Below the pieces are notes generated by a model that did no database searches, was not told the origin of the DNA, and saw only the letters and a program-made list of their open reading frames with translations. Made by a program: the position numbers and the translations under genes. This document shows positions 29,561 to 38,269 of a stretch of 64,000 nucleotides of DNA, in pieces. The stretch comes from Alphaproteobacteria bacterium (GTDB lineage Bacteria > Pseudomonadota > Alphaproteobacteria > JASGCL01), in NCBI GenBank assembly GCA_965262605.1, contig CBDHFN010000001.1, positions 80,566 through 144,565 of the forward strand, in the 5' to 3' direction. The first letter of the stretch is position 1, and every line of letters begins with the position of its first letter.

Positions 29561-30790
29561 TTAGTTCCTTTGTTGTTTAATTGTTTCGTATAAAGCTTGA
29601 CAAATTTTAAGCCATTTTTCGCCCGATTGCAACATGGCAACGCGCACAAAATCATCGCCAGCTGATAAACCAGTATCTGGATTCGCAAACGCCATATATC
29701 GCGCGGGTAAAATTTTAATGCCATAATTTTGGTAAATAATTTGGGTGAACTTTTCACCATTAGGCACTGATATATTTAAAAATAATCCGCCATCTGGAAT
29801 TCTTAACGCCTGATGATTGCCGAAAACTTGACGGGCAATATTTAGTCGTTCCAGATATTTTTGCCGATTTAATGCAACATGGGCATTATCTGCCCATAAA
29901 AGCTCAGAAACTCCGATAATGGGGGCAGGTGGTATGCACGAAATATGCGACCTTAACTGATTTAAATTTTGAATATGGGGCGTATCGGCAATGACTATGC
30001 CCGAACGCAACCCGGGTGCACCTGACCTTTTAGATAAACTATTTGCAACAATCAATTGATTTAAGGCATTTAATTCTTGCGCAATGGGCAAAGATAATTT
30101 AGGTTCATCGCCAAAATAAATTTCCGAATAACATTCATCGGCAACAATTAAAAAATCATATTTTTTTGCCATATTTATTAAAATTCTGTATTCTTGGGCG
30201 GGCATAATGCGACCGGTTGGGTTGTCTGGCGAACATAAAATCACTTGGGCAACCCGTTTTAAAATTTCTTCGGGTAAATCGGCGACAACTTGGGCTAAAT
30301 TCCCCTCGGCGATTAACGAATCGGTTTGCGTAAAAAATGCCGCACCCTTATAAACATGATAAAATGGATTAAGAAATATAGTTATTGGTTTGATATTGTG
30401 TGATAATTTACTTTGTTTAAGCATAACACAATATGCGCCAATTACAAATAAACCCTCTCTTGTGCCGCTTAAAGGTAAAATATTTGCTTGGGTAATAAAG
30501 CCATCATCAAGACCAAAGCGATTCGTTGCCCAATTGGCAACAATGGCGCGAAACGAATCAGACCCCGTGGGAGTTGGATATTTCGCCCATCCATCATGGG
30601 GTTTTTGCAAATAATCTGCCGCAAATTGCGGAATTGCCCCATCGGGTTCGCCTAAATGCAAATTTACTACTTCGCCAAATTGGCAATTCGGCGTGATAGT
30701 GCTTAATAATTTTGCTAATTTTGCAAATGGTCCATCGCCCATCGCAGCAATGGTATTAACGGGGCAAGGAATGATAAAATATTGATTCAT
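29561..30790 (-). CDS. class I/II PLP-dependent aminotransferase (DapC/AspC-like)
   Basis: 409 aa with the PLP-lysine context NSLSKRSGAPGLRSG. Confidence 0.75.
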   Translation of the reverse strand: MNQYFIIPCPVNTIAAMGDGPFAKLAKLLSTITPNCQFGEVVNLHLGEPDGAIPQFAADYLQKPHDGWAKYPTPTGSDSFRAIVANWATNRFGLDDGFITQANILPLSGTREGLFVIGAYCVMLKQSKLSHNIKPITIFLNPFYHVYKGAAFFTQTDSLIAEGNLAQVVADLPEEILKRVAQVILCSPDNPTGRIMPAQEYRILINMAKKYDFLIVADECYSEIYFGDEPKLSLPIAQELNALNQLIVANSLSKRSGAPGLRSGIVIADTPHIQNLNQLRSHISCIPPAPIIGVSELLWADNAHVALNRQKYLERLNIARQVFGNHQALRIPDGGLFLNISVPNGEKFTQIIYQNYGIKILPARYMAFANPDTGLSAGDDFVRVAMLQSGEKWLKICQALYETIKQQRN

Positions 30791-30901
30791 GCCACTATTT
30801 AATCATAATAAAATATTCGGTGCAATAAAAAAATGCAATATTTGAAAAAAATACCTTGAAAATTAAAATTTATGTGCTATTAAGAAGCGACTTTGAATTT
30901 T

Positions 30902-30976
30902 GTGCGTGTAGCTCAGTGGTAGAGCGACTGACTTTTAATCAGTAGGTCGGGGGTTCGATACCCCCCACGCATACCA
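30902..30976 (+). tRNA. tRNA-Lys (anticodon UUU)
   Basis: Hand-folded cloverleaf. Acceptor GTGCGTG/CACGCAT, D stem GCTC/GAGC, anticodon stem ACTGA/TCAGT with loop CT-TTT-AA, T stem GGGGG/CCCCC with loop TTCGATA, encoded CCA. Confidence 0.85.
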
Positions 30977-31036
30977 AACCTTTATGTATTTAATTGTTTG
31001 AAATATATAAGTTAATTTTAAGAAGTTAATTTTTGG

Positions 31037-31111
31037 GGAAGTTAGCTCAGCGGTAGAGCACTGCGTCGACATCGCAGTGGCCACAGGTTCGATCCCTGTA
31101 CTTCCCACCAA
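31037..31111 (+). tRNA. tRNA-Val (anticodon GAC)
   Basis: Hand-folded cloverleaf. Acceptor GGGAAGT/ACTTCCC, D stem GCTC/GAGC, anticodon stem CTGCG/CGCAG with loop TC-GAC-AT, T stem ACAGG/CCTGT with loop TTCGATC, encoded CCA. Confidence 0.85.
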
Positions 31112-31214
31112 TATACCAAAGAATAAGGGAAAGTAGAGCCTTTTGCAACTTTAAGGAAAGGCTTTACGCGCGATTTTTTCATTAAAAATTAAACGAACCA
31201 TTTAAAAATAAAAA

Positions 31215-31239
31215 CCCCGAAAATTGCTTTTCGAGGGGG
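31215..31239 (-). terminator. hairpin with U-run on the minus strand
   Basis: The stem CCCCGAAAA/TTTTCG(A)GGGG is followed on the minus strand by TTTTTATTTTT. No minus-strand gene lies upstream of it. Confidence 0.4.
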
Positions 31240-31354
31240 TCTTTACATAACTTCAAATTTGTTTTACCCCCAAAAAATGCAAATGTCAAGCACTTTTTTT
31301 AAGTGTTGGGGATTTTTTTAAAATTTTTTAGCTTTTCCTTGCTTTGAGGAAAAC

Positions 31355-32497
31355 ATGCAACAATTTAATCACGCCGATAATTCGGTAATTGTGCCATGCA
31401 ATTTTATTAAAGCATTATCATTATGTATTATAGCTAATGGGGCAAATCGCCCCGTGATGGCTAATTGCGCGATGAATGTTTTAATCATGGTTTATGATGG
31501 ACAGCATAATTTAAGCTATAATGACATTATAGCGCGGGCTAAATGTTCCAAACGCACCGCGATAAACGCCGTTAAAGCTTTAATTGATAATCACCTACTA
31601 AAAGTCTATCATCAATTTAATTTATTTGGTAATCAGATTAATAATATTTACAGCTTGACCGCCAAAGCCGAGCAATTATTGGGTAAATATTATCAAGGTG
31701 AAAATACCCGCGAGGATAATTTAGGGGGGAGTGCAGAGCTTTGCACCCCTTATAAGAGTAAACTAAGTTATAATTATAAATATAATAAAACAATGGAATC
31801 CGAATCGCAAATTTTGGTTGCGGATTCTTCGGTTAATTTTATTGATTTAGCTTTAAAAGAAAATCCCGAACTGGACAAAGCCACCAGTGAAGCAGGCGGA
31901 ATTGATTTAATCATATCCGCGCTTAAAATTAAGCCCAGTGATTTAAGCCGTGCCATAATTCATGATGCCAATAAAACCTTAAATTGCTTGCTAAGCTTGT
32001 TTTATTTTAACAAATTCACGGCACGCAAGATTGAGAACCCGAGCGCATTTTTTGCTTGGCTAAGGTGGAAAGCAACGCTAATTCAAAGGCAGGAGTTTAT
32101 TCATAAGGCTTGGAGTTATTATCAAAACCGCGCCGAACTAAGCCAGCTTGCTATTGACCGCGCTAAAAATGAATTAATCAAATCCACGCAACAGGCAACT
32201 CAAATTCAGGCTAATTTGATTGAAATAATACCAAATTTATCAGAACCAGACGAACGATTGCACCGTAAGCTAAGTAATTTATGGGGTTTGACCGATTTAT
32301 TTGGTGATAATTTTACAACGCGCCAATTGCTTAGAAAAATTAAATTATTAGGCATTCAAGGCGATGATTTAATTTTAAAAACCGACGATAAAAACGCCAT
32401 CTTGATTTTAACTAATCAATACATAAAACCGCGATTTATTAAGGCTTTGCAAGGCGAATTTAATAAAAATATTCGCAATTTTAAATTTAGTATTTAG
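31355..32497 (+). CDS. winged-helix DNA-binding protein, putative replication-initiator/regulator (paralog of 40273..41445)
   Basis: 380 aa with an N-terminal wHTH-like segment (SYNDIIARAKCSKRTAINAVKALIDNHLL). It shares the block NPSAFFAWLRWKA..Q.QEF with the 390-aa paralog. The C-terminal ~60 aa resemble a DnaA_N-like pattern (LILKTDDKNAILILTNQYIKPRFIKAL). GAGGA RBS. Confidence 0.45.
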   Translation: MQQFNHADNSVIVPCNFIKALSLCIIANGANRPVMANCAMNVLIMVYDGQHNLSYNDIIARAKCSKRTAINAVKALIDNHLLKVYHQFNLFGNQINNIYSLTAKAEQLLGKYYQGENTREDNLGGSAELCTPYKSKLSYNYKYNKTMESESQILVADSSVNFIDLALKENPELDKATSEAGGIDLIISALKIKPSDLSRAIIHDANKTLNCLLSLFYFNKFTARKIENPSAFFAWLRWKATLIQRQEFIHKAWSYYQNRAELSQLAIDRAKNELIKSTQQATQIQANLIEIIPNLSEPDERLHRKLSNLWGLTDLFGDNFTTRQLLRKIKLLGIQGDDLILKTDDKNAILILTNQYIKPRFIKALQGEFNKNIRNFKFSI

Positions 32498-32511
32498 TAA
32501 GGATTTAAACC

Positions 32512-33042
32512 ATGTTATCAGAAAATCAAATTATCAATGAAAAATTGATATTAGCCAAAATTTTAGAAATTATCCCCGAAATTGTCAAATCTTTTTTTAA
32601 TGATAATTCCAAATACATAATTGATAGGTTGGATTTTTTAAACGAGATATATTTGGCATGGTTTGAGAATCAGCACGAAACGGACGAGGCTTTGATTAAA
32701 ATCTTTCATCAAAAATCCAATAAGCTTTATAGTATTTATTTTGGTGAATATCATAATTTTGATAGAAGCGCGGATATAAACCAAGAAATTGCCACCGAAG
32801 GAAGTAAGGAACAAGGCAATTTAAGTTTGATATTGGTTGATAATAACGACCCATTAAGCAACTTAATTAAAGCCGAAGCACGCGCGGAACAGGAAGAACC
32901 AGAAAAGCCACTTATTAATATTAGCGAGCTAATAAATGAAGTTGAAACGCACAATTGGCAATCCAACGCGGAGAATGTTTTGGCTAAATTGACCTATTCC
33001 GAATATGTTTTAATGTTTAATAAAAAATATAGGACTTTGTAA
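32512..33042 (+). CDS. hypothetical acidic protein
   Basis: 176-aa ORF directly downstream of the Rep-like gene. No motif recognised. Confidence 0.35.
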   Translation: MLSENQIINEKLILAKILEIIPEIVKSFFNDNSKYIIDRLDFLNEIYLAWFENQHETDEALIKIFHQKSNKLYSIYFGEYHNFDRSADINQEIATEGSKEQGNLSLILVDNNDPLSNLIKAEARAEQEEPEKPLINISELINEVETHNWQSNAENVLAKLTYSEYVLMFNKKYRTL

Positions 33043-33650
33043 ATGTTTAATGAACATGGAATTGACGCGATTAAAGCCTATTTGGATGTGATGGGCTTTA
33101 ATATACCTAAACGGGTTTTAAAGCTAATTCGGCAACTTGCTAAATAAATATGATTATGTCAAAGATTATATTAAAGGATATAAAAAATTGCATATTAAAA
33201 AATGGAGAGAGGTTAATTTTGACAACATAAAAAAATGGCAATGATTCTAATCGTGATATAAGTACTAAAAGAATATAGTAAAAAGATGGCGCGATTCTAA
33301 TCGTGAAAAAGTTAAAAGCAATAGCAGTAAAAAATGGCGCGATGCTAACCCTGAAACAATAAAAGAAAAAGCACTAAAATTTATCAAGTTGGCTAATCCT
33401 GAATAAATTGTAGAAGGAACGCCAAAAAATATGGCGCGAGTCTAATAGTGAAAAAGTTGAAGAAGAATACGATAAAAAAAGGTACGGATGGCTAATCGCT
33501 GAAAAAATTTCAGAACAACGATAAAAATATGGCGCGATTGGCTAATCGTGAAAAAGTTGCAAAGCAATATAGTAAAAAATGGCGCATGGAAAATTCTGAA
33601 CATCGTTGATAAATATATCGCGAGGCTAATAGAAGAAAAGATTATAGGAA
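33043..33650 (+). pseudogene. decayed gene: short N-terminal domain followed by frame-broken ~16-aa K-K-W-R-x-x-N-x-E-K repeats (copy 1)
   Basis: The ORF MFNEHGIDAIKAYLDVMGFNIPKRVLKLIRQLAK stops at 33147. Homology continues in another frame (NKYDYVKDYIKGYKKLHIKKWREVNFDNIKKW). About 8 degenerate ~48-54-nt DNA repeats (AAAAATGGCGCGATTCTAATCGTGAAAAAGTT...) follow, broken by stops and indels. Confidence 0.45.
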
Positions 33651-33692
33651 TATAATAATAAGTTATAATTTAACATAAAAGGAAAAACAATA

Positions 33693-34126
33693 ATGCAATT
33701 TTTTAATGAGTTGGGTATTCACGAAATCAAGGAATATGTAAAAAATATTGGTTATCCTTTGCCGATGAAAATTCGTAGACTTTTAATTCCAATGAGATTT
33801 AAGTATGATTTCATACATGAAATTATTGATTATGATAATAAAGTCAGGCACAAAATACATAATAAAAAATGGTATTAGTAAAAAACTAATACAAGGTAAT
33901 CATAATAAATTATTATGAAGCCAATAAAATCCACGCTTTAAACCAGCAACGAAAATATTATGAATCCAATAAAATCCAAATATTAAACCGACAACGAAAT
34001 TATTATGAAGCTAATAAAATCAAAATAATAGAGCGTGTAAAAAATTACGAAGCAAATAATCGTGAAAAAATTAATGCGCGTAGAAAATTGCGCTATGCTA
34101 AATTAAAATTAAATAAATCCATATAA
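33693..34126 (+). pseudogene. decayed paralog of the preceding gene (copy 2)
   Basis: The 61-aa ORF (MQFFNELGIHEIKEYVKNIGYPLPMKIRRLL...) parallels copy 1 and stops after KKWY. The repeat part continues out of frame (NYYEANKIHALNQQRKYYESNKIQILNRQRNYYEANKIKIIERVKNYEANNREKINARRKL) to the stop at 34124-34126. Confidence 0.45.
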
Positions 34127-34233
34127 AATATTTTTGCCTTTCTCTATCAGAGAATTTTTTATAATAAAGCAAGCCGTTTTTAACGAAGTTGAAAAGGGCA
34201 CGCTTACACGTTTCTTTACAGAAACGATAGCAT

Positions 34234-34299
34234 GGCAGGGAAACCCTGCACCCGTTTTATACTGATTGCACGCAATCAGGCAGGGCAAGCCCCGCACCC
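34234..34299 (+). other. candidate oriT of the MobQ relaxase
   Basis: Two imperfect direct repeats, GGCAGGGAAACCCTGCACCC (34234-34253) and GGCAGGGCAAGCCCCGCACCC (34279-34299), flank a perfect 8-bp-arm inverted repeat CTGATTGC-ac-GCAATCAG (34262-34279). The region lies 20-90 nt upstream of the relaxase start. Confidence 0.4.
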
Positions 34300-34321
34300 C
34301 GATAAAAGACAAAAGGAAATT

Positions 34322-35827
34322 ATGGCAATATATCATCTGAATTTGCGTCATGTATCAAGAGCGACAGGTAAAAGCGCCGTGGCAAAATTTAATTATATTT
34401 GCCGTCTTGATAAATACGAAAATGATAATAAACAGGTTGTAGCAATTGGAAGCGCGAATATGCCTAAATGGGTTAATGCTAATGCTAATGCACCGAAGGA
34501 ATTTTGGGTAAATGCTGAAAAATATGAACGGGCAAACGCGCGCTTATGTTCCGAGCTTGAAATTTCATTACCACGAGAATTTACACCCGAACAGAATTTA
34601 AATTTAATCAATGAATTTATTGAGAAAAACCTTAAAGACATGCCTTTGTCTTGGGCAATTCATAACGGCAAGAATGGTGATAATCCGCATATTCATATTA
34701 TATATTCGCACCGCAAGCTTGATGGTATTGACCGCGAAGCAGAATTATTTTTTAAACGAAGCGATATTAAAAATCCAGCAGAATCAGGAACCCCCAAAGC
34801 ACGCGAGCTTATTAGCAAAAATTTTTTATATAATACACGCGAGCAATGGGCGGAAATGACAAATAAGCATTTAGAGAAAGCAGGTATAAACGAACGAATA
34901 ACGCATGAAAGTTTAATCGCGCAAGAACTAAAAAACTTAAAAGGCGCATATCAAAATCCCATGATGGCAACCGAAGCGATTAAGCACGCGGAGACTTTTA
35001 ACAGAATGCCAAAAGGAAGCTTTAAATATAATTATGGCAAGCCATTATATAAAAAAGTTTATGATAATATCAGGAAAGACCGAGTCGTTGCAAAAACTTC
35101 TTTATATAAAACGCTAATGCTTTGCGCCGTGATGGGTTGGCAAAATTATTTGGCGATGCAAATGCTTTTGAAATTAATCGATTTTACAACTGATTGGTCA
35201 ACATCGATAAATAATACGCGTGAAATTTTTTCGCATAGTTTTAAAGCTATACAGGCATTGAAAGAATTAAATGCAAAACCACTAATTTTCAATAAACAAG
35301 CACAAGATAAACCCGAGGAAAAGAGAATTTATATTAAAGTAAATTATGATGAAGTGCATGAAATTACAGAACTTGGGGGAATATGGGACAAAGAGCTTAA
35401 AAAATATTATATTACCGATAAGGATAAACAAGAATTATTTACAAAATTCACCGGACGGGGGATAATAGACATTGACCAATTAAAGCCCGTTCCAAGTAAA
35501 ATAATTCCCACGGGCGAAAGACTTTATATTAATCATACTTTAAAATCTGAATTAGATGAATTAAAGCAAAACGGCGCACAATTTGACGGCGAATTGAAAA
35601 AATGGTTTATAGATAAAAATAAAACTAGTGGCTTTGAGAAATATATAGCGCGTAATGATGAAGCAACCGAGGAACATAAAGATTTTAAACGCGCCCTACA
35701 AAAAGAATTTTTTATTAATAAATTGCAACTGGTAAAACAAGGGCAAGCAATTTTAACTGACGATAAACCAGTTGAAACAAATAAACAACAGAAATTTACT
35801 CAAATTAAGAAAGGAATGAGTTTATGA
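34322..35827 (+). CDS. MobA/MobL (MOBQ-family) relaxase
   Basis: The N-terminus MAIYHLNLRHVSRATGKSAVAKFNYICR and the histidine motif NPHIHIIYSHR are MobA/MobL hallmarks. I set the start at ATG 34322 (AAGGAAA RBS). The C-terminus carries two copies of a ~35-aa module (RIYIKVNYDEVHEITELGGIWDKELKKYYI and RLYINHTLKSELDELKQNGAQFDGELKKWFI). Confidence 0.8.
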   Translation: MAIYHLNLRHVSRATGKSAVAKFNYICRLDKYENDNKQVVAIGSANMPKWVNANANAPKEFWVNAEKYERANARLCSELEISLPREFTPEQNLNLINEFIEKNLKDMPLSWAIHNGKNGDNPHIHIIYSHRKLDGIDREAELFFKRSDIKNPAESGTPKARELISKNFLYNTREQWAEMTNKHLEKAGINERITHESLIAQELKNLKGAYQNPMMATEAIKHAETFNRMPKGSFKYNYGKPLYKKVYDNIRKDRVVAKTSLYKTLMLCAVMGWQNYLAMQMLLKLIDFTTDWSTSINNTREIFSHSFKAIQALKELNAKPLIFNKQAQDKPEEKRIYIKVNYDEVHEITELGGIWDKELKKYYITDKDKQELFTKFTGRGIIDIDQLKPVPSKIIPTGERLYINHTLKSELDELKQNGAQFDGELKKWFIDKNKTSGFEKYIARNDEATEEHKDFKRALQKEFFINKLQLVKQGQAILTDDKPVETNKQQKFTQIKKGMSL

Positions 35828-36345
35828 CCGAAACATCCAAAATAAACGAAGCGCAAATTGAATTAATACTGCAAAATCACAACGATGCGATAAAAGAAAT
35901 TAATGCAATAATTGAAACATACCAAGAAAAATTAGATGGTTTTTCATCCACGATGCAAAATTCAGTTTTAGGATTAGGTTCAATCACAATTTCAATTGGT
36001 GGTTTGAATAAACATTTTAAAGATTATACTGAATATCATGAACACATCATTAAAGAAATGAAAGACATTACACCGAAATTGCAAGAAATTGATAAAACAG
36101 CCAAAGGCATGATTGAATTAAAGAATATTTTAGTGAAATTTCAAGAATTATATAATGGCATTAATGGTTTAACCAAACATATCGATGGCACATATAAAAG
36201 CTTTGAAGTCAAAATCAAAGAATACGAAGCTATGGAAAAGGCTTTGAAATGGACAAAGCTTACGCAATATTTAGTTAGCACGGCAAGCGTAATAACCATT
36301 ATAAGCTTTGTGGTTATTTTTACGGGTTATATTTTGCATAAATAA
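35824..36345 (+). CDS. coiled-coil protein with C-terminal membrane anchor
   Basis: 173 aa with heptad-rich sequence and a terminal TM helix (SVITIISFVVIFTGYIL). ATGA overlap with the relaxase gene. Confidence 0.4.
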   Translation: MTETSKINEAQIELILQNHNDAIKEINAIIETYQEKLDGFSSTMQNSVLGLGSITISIGGLNKHFKDYTEYHEHIIKEMKDITPKLQEIDKTAKGMIELKNILVKFQELYNGINGLTKHIDGTYKSFEVKIKEYEAMEKALKWTKLTQYLVSTASVITIISFVVIFTGYILHK

Positions 36346-36359
36346 GAAAGGATTCTATC

Positions 36360-36695
36360 ATGAAAACAAGCATTTTAAACATCGATGAAAAAAAGCGCTT
36401 TGAGGATTTAAAGCAAAAGCAAAAGAAAATCATCGAAAGCGCATATGCACGCGCATCGCGCGAAGCGAGCATGGCGCGTAAAGCAGATGCACGCCGTAAA
36501 ATTATATTGGGCGCTTTGCTAGTCAAAGCCTTAAATTCGGATAATGCACGCATTAAGTCCAGTGCAACGACAATTTATAATATTATTTTAGAACAGGTCG
36601 AGGAACGCGATAAGCCCCTGTTCAATGGTATAATTGAACCAGAACCAACCAAAGCCGAACCAACACCCCCAGCAACCACGAATAAAGGAGAATAA
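36360..36695 (+). CDS. TraD-like small conjugal-transfer/mobilization accessory protein (tentative)
   Basis: 111 aa. The motif KADARRKIILGALLVKAL resembles the R-x-x-T/A-R-R-K-I-x-L-G-G/A-L core of Ti-plasmid-type TraD proteins. Confidence 0.4.
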   Translation: MKTSILNIDEKKRFEDLKQKQKKIIESAYARASREASMARKADARRKIILGALLVKALNSDNARIKSSATTIYNIILEQVEERDKPLFNGIIEPEPTKAEPTPPATTNKGE

Positions 36696-36697
36696 AA

Positions 36698-37699
36698 ATG
36701 AAAAATATGCCAGAGATAGATGTATATGAACAATGCGGTTTATGTGAAATCGGCGAAAACTTATTTATTAACATGCAGAATTTTATTGCTAAATTAGGAA
36801 TAGCTTTGAAACCAGATTTTTTAATAATTTATGGAAGCACTTTATCATTATTACTAACATATAAAGCCGTGCATTATGTGATAAAAGGCAATGTTGGCGA
36901 TAATTTATTAACGCATTTATTAAAGTATATGTTAGGTGGGATTTGTTTTACATATCTTGATTCTTTAATGATTGAATCGTATAGTTTTCTTATTACTATT
37001 ATGTCGGGAATTGGCATAACCATAATGTCAATTGGCGGTGTTTCAATTGATGGTTCAGGTATGGGGGCATTATTTCAAGCGATGAATGCAAATTATGGCG
37101 AAAGTTTTACCTTAATTCGCAAAATAACGAATGATATTGGTTGGTTAGATGTAGGGGCGTGGATGCTTATATATACCATTTATATACCATTAATTGCTTC
37201 ATATATAATATTCTTTTGCCAAATTATTATTGCCGTATTTACTTTAATGATTTGTGTTATGTGCATGCCATTTGTTATATGTTTATCAATATTTAAAATG
37301 TGGGAACAAACAATTGCGAGCTTGATTAAAACTGCTTTTGGAAGTATTTTAATTGTATTTGTAAGTTCAGCAATTTTTGCATTTATGTCTTTAGTTTTAA
37401 AATCTTACGAACATGTAGCTACGGACATCCACGCAAGCATATCAATATTGAGTCCTAAATTTATATTTCTTTTAGTCGTTCCAAGCGTGTTTTGCGCGCT
37501 GTTATTGCACGGGGTATCTATCGCAAACTCAATTTTCCAAACACAATTAAGCAATTTATCAACGGCGGCGATGGCGGCAGGAATCGCGGCTCCATATGCA
37601 GTTGGTTTTAAAGGCGTAAAAGGGCTAGCTAAAACAGCAGGTGCAGCGGGAACGACGGCCAGTGCAGACTTAGCGCAACAGTACTTGGCAATGCTATGA
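36698..37699 (+). CDS. polytopic membrane protein (about 6-7 TM), weak TrbL/VirB6-like look
   Basis: 333 aa with multiple long hydrophobic helices and an Ala/Gly-rich C-terminal tail. Assigned from topology only. Confidence 0.35.
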   Translation: MKNMPEIDVYEQCGLCEIGENLFINMQNFIAKLGIALKPDFLIIYGSTLSLLLTYKAVHYVIKGNVGDNLLTHLLKYMLGGICFTYLDSLMIESYSFLITIMSGIGITIMSIGGVSIDGSGMGALFQAMNANYGESFTLIRKITNDIGWLDVGAWMLIYTIYIPLIASYIIFFCQIIIAVFTLMICVMCMPFVICLSIFKMWEQTIASLIKTAFGSILIVFVSSAIFAFMSLVLKSYEHVATDIHASISILSPKFIFLLVVPSVFCALLLHGVSIANSIFQTQLSNLSTAAMAAGIAAPYAVGFKGVKGLAKTAGAAGTTASADLAQQYLAML

Positions 37700-37737
37700 A
37701 AAAAATATCAAAGGTTTAGAAGATATAGCAGGTAGAT

Positions 37738-37968
37738 ATGATTAATTCATTAAAAAACAAATTCACAACCAATCGCAAGCATAAAGCCTATGGTATATTC
37801 ATGATCATTATGGGTATATTGAAATTCTTTTATAAAATCTTAAAATCAATATGGTATTATATTAATCCAATTAATATAATTACCAAAGCCATTATTAAGC
37901 CATGGTGCGATTTATACTTATTATTCGAGAATATATTAAAAATATTAATATATTCCCGAAGTGAGTAA
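37738..37968 (+). CDS. small membrane protein, hypothetical
   Basis: 76-aa ORF with one hydrophobic helix (YGIFMIIMGILKFF). Confidence 0.25.
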   Translation: MINSLKNKFTTNRKHKAYGIFMIIMGILKFFYKILKSIWYYINPINIITKAIIKPWCDLYLLFENILKILIYSRSE

Positions 37969-38021
37969 AATTACTGCTCAACGAATTAAATCAAACCAAA
38001 ATATCTTAGTGAAATTGGTAA

Positions 38022-38210
38022 TTAATATAAAATTTTGCGCTTGGAATATGCTGGATAATAATATAAATCAATGCAATATTTGCCCATACAACCGCAGGAA
38101 TCCAGCCGATAAGTGTAATTTGCAATATCAAGCAAAATAAACCAGCAATAGGGCGATCCTATTGTAAAAAATGATAACCATGGCAATACAAAAGTTAATA
38201 ATCGTCTCAT
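38022..38210 (-). pseudogene. frameshifted small membrane-protein gene
   Basis: Frame 1 gives MRRLLTFVLPWLSFFTIG. After a single extra T, the +1 frame gives RPIAGLFCLILQITLIGWIPAAVVWANIALIYIIIQH. Together these make a coherent two-helix small membrane protein, whereas the annotated continuation (SPYCWFILLDIANYTYRLDSCGCMGKYC) looks non-native. Confidence 0.45.
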
Positions 38211-38269
38211 AATTTTCTCCTAATAATAAGCTAAGATATAAAACTATAATAATTACAATTTATTATTTG

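Noticed and set aside
29560-29760. 67-aa N-terminal extension of the DHDPS-family ORF
   Set aside because: It overlaps the 3' end of the aminotransferase gene and has no similarity to the family. ATG 29559 lies 1 nt after the upstream stop.
33150-33650. Iterons or CRISPR-like DNA repeats
   Set aside because: The ~48-54-nt repeats translate into a coherent basic peptide repeat (KKWRxxNxEK) related to the neighbouring ORFs. They are best explained as a decayed coding repeat.
34109-34351. 80-aa minus-strand ORF overlapping the oriT-like region and the relaxase start
   Set aside because: It is antisense to the relaxase start and its upstream region, with no RBS and no recognisable features.
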